64,000 nucleotides of DNA from an uncultured Acetatifactor sp. (GTDB lineage Bacteria > Bacillota > Clostridia > Lachnospirales > Lachnospiraceae), in assembly GCA_964523315.1 (NCBI GenBank), contig CAZFYD010000002.1:236-64235 (forward strand). The letters run 5' to 3'. The notes under the pieces are model-generated. The model was not told the DNA's origin. It saw only the letters and a list, made by a program, of their open reading frames with translations, and ran no database searches. Below are positions 58,674 through 64,000 of the stretch, piece after piece. The first letter of the stretch is position 1, and every line of letters starts with the position of its first letter. Position numbers and translations under genes: made by a program.

Positions 58674-60719
58674 TTAAATCGTCCTAAAGTCAACCTGACT
58701 GTCCGCATCGGCATGCAAATACGCAACCAGTTCCCGATATTCTTCATTCTGGGCAGCAAGGACCTCTTCCACCGCCTGACTGGCTTCCTTCAACAGTTCC
58801 GCATCGGTATAGATATCCCCCATCCGAAAGGCAAAATCGCCGCTCTGACGAATGCCAAACAAATCTCCCGGCCCCCGGAGCTTCAGATCCTCCGAGGCGA
58901 TATAGAAACCGTCGTTGGACTGGTTCAGGATCTCCAGACGCTCCATGGTCTCCTTATTGTCCTGGGTGCTGATGAAAATACAGTAGCTCTGGTATTTTCC
59001 GCGCCCCACACGTCCCCGGAGCTGATGCAGCTGCGCCAGACCGAAGCGCTCTGCATTTTCCACCATCATTACCGTGGCATTGGGCACATTGATTCCCACC
59101 TCGATGACGGTGGTGGAAACCAGTACGTCAATATTATGCGCCGCATACTCCTCCATGATACGGTTCTTATCCGCCGCCTTCATTCTGCCGTGCAGCGTGG
59201 CCACCTGGATATCCGCAGGCAGCGCCGCCTTCAGCTTCCGGGCGTAATCGGAGACATTTTCCAGGTCGTCCATCTCCCCCTCCTCCACCATGGGGCAGAT
59301 CACATAGGCCTGGCGGCCGCTGCGCACCTCCTTCTCAATAAACTGATAGGCCTTGGGCCGATAGGATGTATTGACCACGCAGTTTTTTATAGGCAGACGA
59401 TTGGCAGGCAGCTCGTCGATAACAGATACCTGCAGATCCCCATACAGAATGATCGCCAGCGTGCGGGGAATCGGGGTGGCACTCATCACCAGCACGTGGG
59501 GATTGTGTCCCTTTTCCGCCAGAGTCTCCCTCTGCCGGACGCCGAAGCGGTGCTGCTCATCCGTAACCACCAGCGCCAGCTTCTGAAACTTCACCTTCTT
59601 CTGAATCACCGCATGGGTGCCGATTACCAGATTTGCCTCACCGGAAGCGATCTGCGCATAGGCCTTTTTCTTTTCTCCCGCCGTCATACTTCCCACCAGA
59701 AGCACCGGCTTCAGGGCCACATGGTATTTTTCCACATACTCGCAGATACCTTCATAATGCTGCGCCGCCAGAACCTCCGTGGGGGCCATCAGCGCCCCCT
59801 GATAGCCGTTTGCCGCACACATCAGCAGCGCCAGCACTGCAATAATGGTCTTGCCGGAGCCCACATCGCCCTGCACCAGCCGGTTCATGCACCAGAGGGA
59901 GGACAGATCCGTGCGAATCTCCTGCCAGGCCCTCATCTGCGCCCCGGTCAGCCGGTAGGGGAGCTGTTCCAGCAGCCTGCCGGTGTCCGCCGTCTCGATC
60001 ATCCGGTATTCGTTTTCCAACAGCCTGCTGTGCTCCTTATTTTCCCGCAGGAAATACAGGAAGGTAAAAAATTCCTCAAACACCACCCGTCTGCGTGCCT
60101 TTACCAGTTCCTCATAGTTTAACGGAAAATGCATATTGTTTATGGCTTCCTGCCGGTCCATCAGTTCATATCTGCGCCGCAGCTGCTCCGGGTAGGGATC
60201 TTCACCGAAAGAATAAGCGCTAAGCGCCTGTCGGACCGCCTTCTGCACCGCCTGATTGGTGAGCCCTTTGGTCAGCGCATAGTGCGGCTGGATGGAGGTC
60301 AGATATCTGCCGTATTCCTCCTGCCCGTAGAATCGGGGCTGCTCCATAATCAGCGCCGCTCCCCGGGACTGTACTCTGCCCCGGAAAATAAAACGGCTGC
60401 CGGGCTTCATCACATTTTTCAGAAAAGTCATATTGAAAAAGGTCAGCTGCATTCCCCCGGAGGCATCCTTTATCAGGATCTGCAGGATGGTCAGACTGCG
60501 TACCTTCTTCACATTTACCGTACTGCAGACCGTCCCCTGCACAGCGCAGATATCCCCCACCTTTGCCTGAGCAATGGGCACGGGCTCCTGAAAGGTCTCA
60601 TAATCCCTGGGATAATAACGGAGCAGATCCCCCACTGTACGGATATTGACCCTGGCAAAGAGCTTCTGGGTCTTCTCTCCGATTCCCTTCAGTTCCAAAA
60701 TGGAAGTAGCGTCATCCAT
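58674..60719 (-). CDS. recG: ATP-dependent DNA helicase RecG
   Basis: GDVGSGKT, DEQHRFG, SATPIPRT, QLRGRVGR, DL.LRGPG. Confidence 0.98.
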   Translation of the reverse strand: MDDATSILELKGIGEKTQKLFARVNIRTVGDLLRYYPRDYETFQEPVPIAQAKVGDICAVQGTVCSTVNVKKVRSLTILQILIKDASGGMQLTFFNMTFLKNVMKPGSRFIFRGRVQSRGAALIMEQPRFYGQEEYGRYLTSIQPHYALTKGLTNQAVQKAVRQALSAYSFGEDPYPEQLRRRYELMDRQEAINNMHFPLNYEELVKARRRVVFEEFFTFLYFLRENKEHSRLLENEYRMIETADTGRLLEQLPYRLTGAQMRAWQEIRTDLSSLWCMNRLVQGDVGSGKTIIAVLALLMCAANGYQGALMAPTEVLAAQHYEGICEYVEKYHVALKPVLLVGSMTAGEKKKAYAQIASGEANLVIGTHAVIQKKVKFQKLALVVTDEQHRFGVRQRETLAEKGHNPHVLVMSATPIPRTLAIILYGDLQVSVIDELPANRLPIKNCVVNTSYRPKAYQFIEKEVRSGRQAYVICPMVEEGEMDDLENVSDYARKLKAALPADIQVATLHGRMKAADKNRIMEEYAAHNIDVLVSTTVIEVGINVPNATVMMVENAERFGLAQLHQLRGRVGRGKYQSYCIFISTQDNKETMERLEILNQSNDGFYIASEDLKLRGPGDLFGIRQSGDFAFRMGDIYTDAELLKEASQAVEEVLAAQNEEYRELVAYLHADADSQVDFRTI

Positions 60720-60797
60720 AGCGTTTCTCCTTAAAAGCGGTTGTAAAAAGGGCAGGCAGCTCCTTTTCCGGCAGCTCCCGCCCTCTCTCAGCTTTTT

Positions 60798-62486
60798 TTA
60801 TTCCACGGAAATCACATAATAGTAGATGGGCTGGCCGCCGTACTGCAGTTCAATATCGCAGCCAGCATATGTCTCCTCCAGTTCCTGACGAAGCCGCTCT
60901 GCCGCTTCCTCCTGAACATCGCTGCCGTAATAGATACTGATCAGCTCGCTGTCCTCATCCACCATGGCCTCCACCATTTCCTTGGTGATCTGCAGCATAT
61001 CCCGACCCACGGACAGGATTCCCTTATCACCGATGCCCATGTAATCTCCCTGTTTGATCTCCTTATCGTCGATCGTGGTATCCCGCACGGCATAGGTCAC
61101 CTGACCGGTCTTTACATTGCCGATCTCCTGCATCATGGCAGCTTCGTTATTTTCCACAGACAGCTCCGGCACATAGTTGATAACCGCCGTAATGCCCTGG
61201 GGAATGGTCTTTGTGGGGATGACCAGCAGATTCTTATCCGTCATCAATTCCGCCGCCTGATTGGCTGCCAAAATGATATTTTTGTTATTGGGCAGGATGA
61301 AGATGGTCTCTGCATTCACCTGATCCACCGCATCCAGAATGTCCGCCGTGCTGGGATTCATGGTCTGTCCGCCCTCAATAATGTAATCCACGCCCAGACT
61401 CTTAAAAATCTCGTTCACACCGTCCCCTACGGAAACTGCCAGAAATCCTACGGGCTTCATGGGCTCCTGCGGGGCCGGCGTCTGAGCCGCCTGCTCCTGC
61501 CTTTCACTCATTTTAAACAGCTTTTCCTGATGCTCCAGGCGCATATTGTCAATTTTCAGATTGGACAGCTGGCCGTATTGCAGCGCTTTCTGAATGGCCA
61601 GACCGGGATCGTTGGTGTGCACATGTACCTTTACCACATCCTCATCTGCCACGCAGACGATGGAGTCACCGATGGACTCCAGATATGCCTTGAAGTCCAT
61701 TTCATTTTTAATGTTAAAATTTCTGCTCAGCATAATAATAAACTCTGTGCAGTATCCGAATTTAATCTCCGCCTCGGCCTGCGCCTGATAGCCGGAGGAT
61801 TTGCCTGCAGCTGCGCCGCTGCTGTTTCCCTTAGGTGCCTCGGCAATCGTATAATCAATCTCCTTGCCCATAAAGGAATCATAAGCGCCCTTCAGCACCT
61901 CTACCAGACCCTGTCCGCCGGAATCCACCACACCGGCCTGCTTTAATACAGGCAGCAGCTCCGGGGTCTGACTTAAGACATATTCCGAATGCTCAATCAC
62001 CTGGGAGAGGAACTGCTCCATATCCTCCATCCCGCCTTTGGCCAATTCTCTTCCCTTTTCCGCACCGCCCCTGGCCACAGTCAGGATCGTGCCTTCCTTA
62101 GGCTTCATTACCGCCTTGTAGGCAGTCTCCACAGCCTTGTCAAAAGCATCGGTCAGATCGGAAATACCCAACTCCGCCTTGCTGCTTATGCTCTTGGTAA
62201 AGCCTCTGAGCAGCTGTGACAGGATTACGCCGGAATTTCCCCGGGCGCCTCTTAAGGAACCGCTGGAGATGGCTTTGCACAAAGCTGGCATATCTGCATT
62301 TTCTCCCAGTGCAGATACTTCTCTGGCCGCAGACATGATGGTCATCGTCATATTGGTGCCGGTATCCCCGTCAGGTACGGGAAATACATTCAGTTCATTA
62401 ATCCATTCTTTCTTGCTTTCCAGGTTTTTTGCGCCGGCTAAGAACATCTTTGACAGCATCTTAGCGTCGATTGCATTTGAAGTCAC
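60798..62486 (-). CDS. fakA: DAK2-domain fatty acid kinase subunit A (FakA/YloV)
   Basis: LNVFPVPDGDTGTNM, GARGNSG, GVVDSGG, KVHVHT, GGQTMNPS, GGQPIY. Confidence 0.92.
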   Translation of the reverse strand: MTSNAIDAKMLSKMFLAGAKNLESKKEWINELNVFPVPDGDTGTNMTMTIMSAAREVSALGENADMPALCKAISSGSLRGARGNSGVILSQLLRGFTKSISSKAELGISDLTDAFDKAVETAYKAVMKPKEGTILTVARGGAEKGRELAKGGMEDMEQFLSQVIEHSEYVLSQTPELLPVLKQAGVVDSGGQGLVEVLKGAYDSFMGKEIDYTIAEAPKGNSSGAAAGKSSGYQAQAEAEIKFGYCTEFIIMLSRNFNIKNEMDFKAYLESIGDSIVCVADEDVVKVHVHTNDPGLAIQKALQYGQLSNLKIDNMRLEHQEKLFKMSERQEQAAQTPAPQEPMKPVGFLAVSVGDGVNEIFKSLGVDYIIEGGQTMNPSTADILDAVDQVNAETIFILPNNKNIILAANQAAELMTDKNLLVIPTKTIPQGITAVINYVPELSVENNEAAMMQEIGNVKTGQVTYAVRDTTIDDKEIKQGDYMGIGDKGILSVGRDMLQITKEMVEAMVDEDSELISIYYGSDVQEEAAERLRQELEETYAGCDIELQYGGQPIYYYVISVE

Positions 62487-62499
62487 AGATCTTTCCTCC

Positions 62500-62859
62500 T
62501 TAATCAATCACTCTAACACCTTCTACAAAGATGTTGATTTTTTCAATCTGAATTCCGGTAAACTCTTCCACCTTATATTTAACACTGCTGATCAGGTTGT
62601 CGGACACGGCGATGATGCTGACACCGTAGGCTACGATCACATGGAAATCCAGCGTCAGTTTATTATGGTTCAGACTGACATTGATCCCCCGGGTCAGGCT
62701 GTCCTTTTTGAGCAGCTTTGCCATACCGTCTTTCATGCTGACGCCCGCCATCCCGACAATCCCAAAGCACTCTACCGCTACGCTGCCGGCATACTGAGCG
62801 ATAACTTCGTTATCTATCACAATATTGCCCATATGTGTATTCATAGAAGAACCTTTCAT
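62500..62859 (-). CDS. Asp23/Gls24 family protein (YloU-like)
   Basis: VIAQYAG..A.ECFGIVGM, V.YKVE.FTG; between rpmB and fakA. Confidence 0.92.
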   Translation of the reverse strand: MKGSSMNTHMGNIVIDNEVIAQYAGSVAVECFGIVGMAGVSMKDGMAKLLKKDSLTRGINVSLNHNKLTLDFHVIVAYGVSIIAVSDNLISSVKYKVEEFTGIQIEKINIFVEGVRVID

Positions 62860-63054
62860 ATAGTACCTCCTTGCTATACAAACTAATTAATCATCATTAT
62901 ACATGCTTTTAGAAAAAAATGGAACACCCAAAACAAAAATTTAAAAAAATCATTTTTTTACTTGCTTTTCCTGGTTTTTTCTGTTAATATATCAATGTTG
63001 CTAATTTTTATGCAATGACATGAGGAAAACAACAAATGCTGAGGAGGTGTCAAG

Positions 63055-63240
63055 ATGGCTAAATGTGATGTATGTGGTAAGGGCGTTCATTTCGGTAATA
63101 ACGTAAGCCATTCTCATAGAAGAAGTAATGCAATGTGGAATTCCAACGTTAAGAATGTGAAGTGCATGGTAAATGGCGCTGCTAAGAGATTACATGTCTG
63201 CACCAGATGCTTAAGGTCCGGCAAGGTTGAGAGAGCCTGA
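63055..63240 (+). CDS. rpmB: 50S ribosomal protein L28 (zinc-binding form)
   Basis: MAKCDVCGK..FGNNVSHSHR...VCTRCLRS; GAGGAGG RBS. Confidence 0.98.
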   Translation: MAKCDVCGKGVHFGNNVSHSHRRSNAMWNSNVKNVKCMVNGAAKRLHVCTRCLRSGKVERA

Positions 63241-63293
63241 GAACTGATTCATCATGTATCATGTTTTCAGAGGATTGCTGTTTAATGCAAATG

Positions 63294-63321
63294 AAAACCG
63301 GTTCGTATGAGCCGGTTTTTT
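63294..63321. terminator. Bidirectional terminator after rpmB
   Basis: AAAACCGGTTC-GTAT-GAGCCGGTTTTTT. Confidence 0.8.
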
Positions 63322-63330
63322 GTTGTGCCT

Positions 63331-63864
63331 CTATTCTTCTCTGCGCCGTTGGAATTCCCTGTTGATATACTGCATCAGCTCTGCATCTCCGCAGAAATTA
63401 TCGGGATGAAAAATTTTCAGGAGATCCCGGTAGCGCTTTCGCAGAGCCAGAGGATTACCCGCACTGCGAAACAGTACACTGGCGATATCCTCTCCCTGAC
63501 GCAGGTTCTCCGTCCTCTCCCTCTGGTTTCTGCCGGTCTGTTCCAGCCTGCGTTTTTCCGTTTCCAGGAACTGCCTGTCCTCCTCAAGCTTACGGAAACC
63601 GTCCTGCAGGATAGCCAGTTTCTTGTCAAAGAAAAGATTCTCCTCCCGCAGGCGCTTCTGCTCCAATACCATACGGTGATTCAGAGTATCCATTTCATCA
63701 CGAAAACGAACCTTCTCCTGAATAAACTTGTCCCGCATATTTTCCAACTCGCTGCGTTCATTCTGAAGACGGATATTTTCCTGAAACAGCCACAGCTTCA
63801 TTTTTCGCAGCTCTTCCTCACTCTGTGCCCTATCCACTTCGTCCCAGTTCATCTTGTCTTCCAT
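63331..63864 (-). CDS. Coiled-coil protein with C-terminal J-domain-like module
   Basis: Long charged coiled coil, then LRKRYRDLLKIFHPDN...MQYINREF. Confidence 0.75.
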   Translation of the reverse strand: MEDKMNWDEVDRAQSEEELRKMKLWLFQENIRLQNERSELENMRDKFIQEKVRFRDEMDTLNHRMVLEQKRLREENLFFDKKLAILQDGFRKLEEDRQFLETEKRRLEQTGRNQRERTENLRQGEDIASVLFRSAGNPLALRKRYRDLLKIFHPDNFCGDAELMQYINREFQRRREE

Positions 63865-63928
63865 CTTTGCTTATCATTCACCATACTTCCATGCGTCCTG
63901 CCCATGCCAAGGCTCCGAAGGCAGAGTC

Positions 63929-64000
63929 TTACAGATCACAGCACAGGCAGCAATAACCCAGTAAAAGCAGAATGGCAATAAGAAAAAGTCCCATCAGCCT
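63929..64000 (-). CDS. 3' end of a small hydrophobic protein (5' end outside the window)
   Basis: Open frame RLMGLFLIAILLLLGYCCLCCDL-stop. Confidence 0.55.
   Translation of the reverse strand, partial: RLMGLFLIAILLLLGYCCLCCDL

Noticed and set aside
52663-60122. Long + strand ORFs of 628, 517 and 469 aa
   Set aside because: Antisense to parC, parE and recG, which carry clear conserved motifs; the translations are not protein-like.

Overview
Core chromosomal region of a spore-forming Firmicute, most likely a Lachnospiraceae member (inferred from gene order and protein styles). From 1 to 26 kb almost all genes are on the + strand: mutL-miaA, radC-mreBCD-pbp2-minCDE-rodA-mgsA-dac, yggS-sepF-aroB-lspA-rluD and rplU-prp-rpmA-obgE-yhbY-nadD-yqeK-rsfS. 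A lexA/yneA SOS pair and a Xer-like tyrosine recombinase lie at 26-29 kb. From 31 to 63 kb almost all genes are on the - strand: thrH, a radical SAM/RNase G/Nudix operon, a partial his operon, recU, coaD, rsmD, parC/parE-like genes, degV, recG, fakA, followed by rpmB on the + strand. The convergent gene orientation around the recombinase suggests the replication terminus. I found no rRNA, tRNA, CRISPR array, transposase or prophage. The most notable item is a 67-bp two-hairpin dispersed repeat with compensatory base changes between its two copies; one copy sits in frame inside a GNAT acetyltransferase gene and the other supplies the stop codon of an SDR gene. Other non-obvious items are a doubly broken solute-binding lipoprotein gene with a tetranucleotide-repeat frameshift, unannotated gene remnants between parE and parC, and LexA and HisR-like operators.
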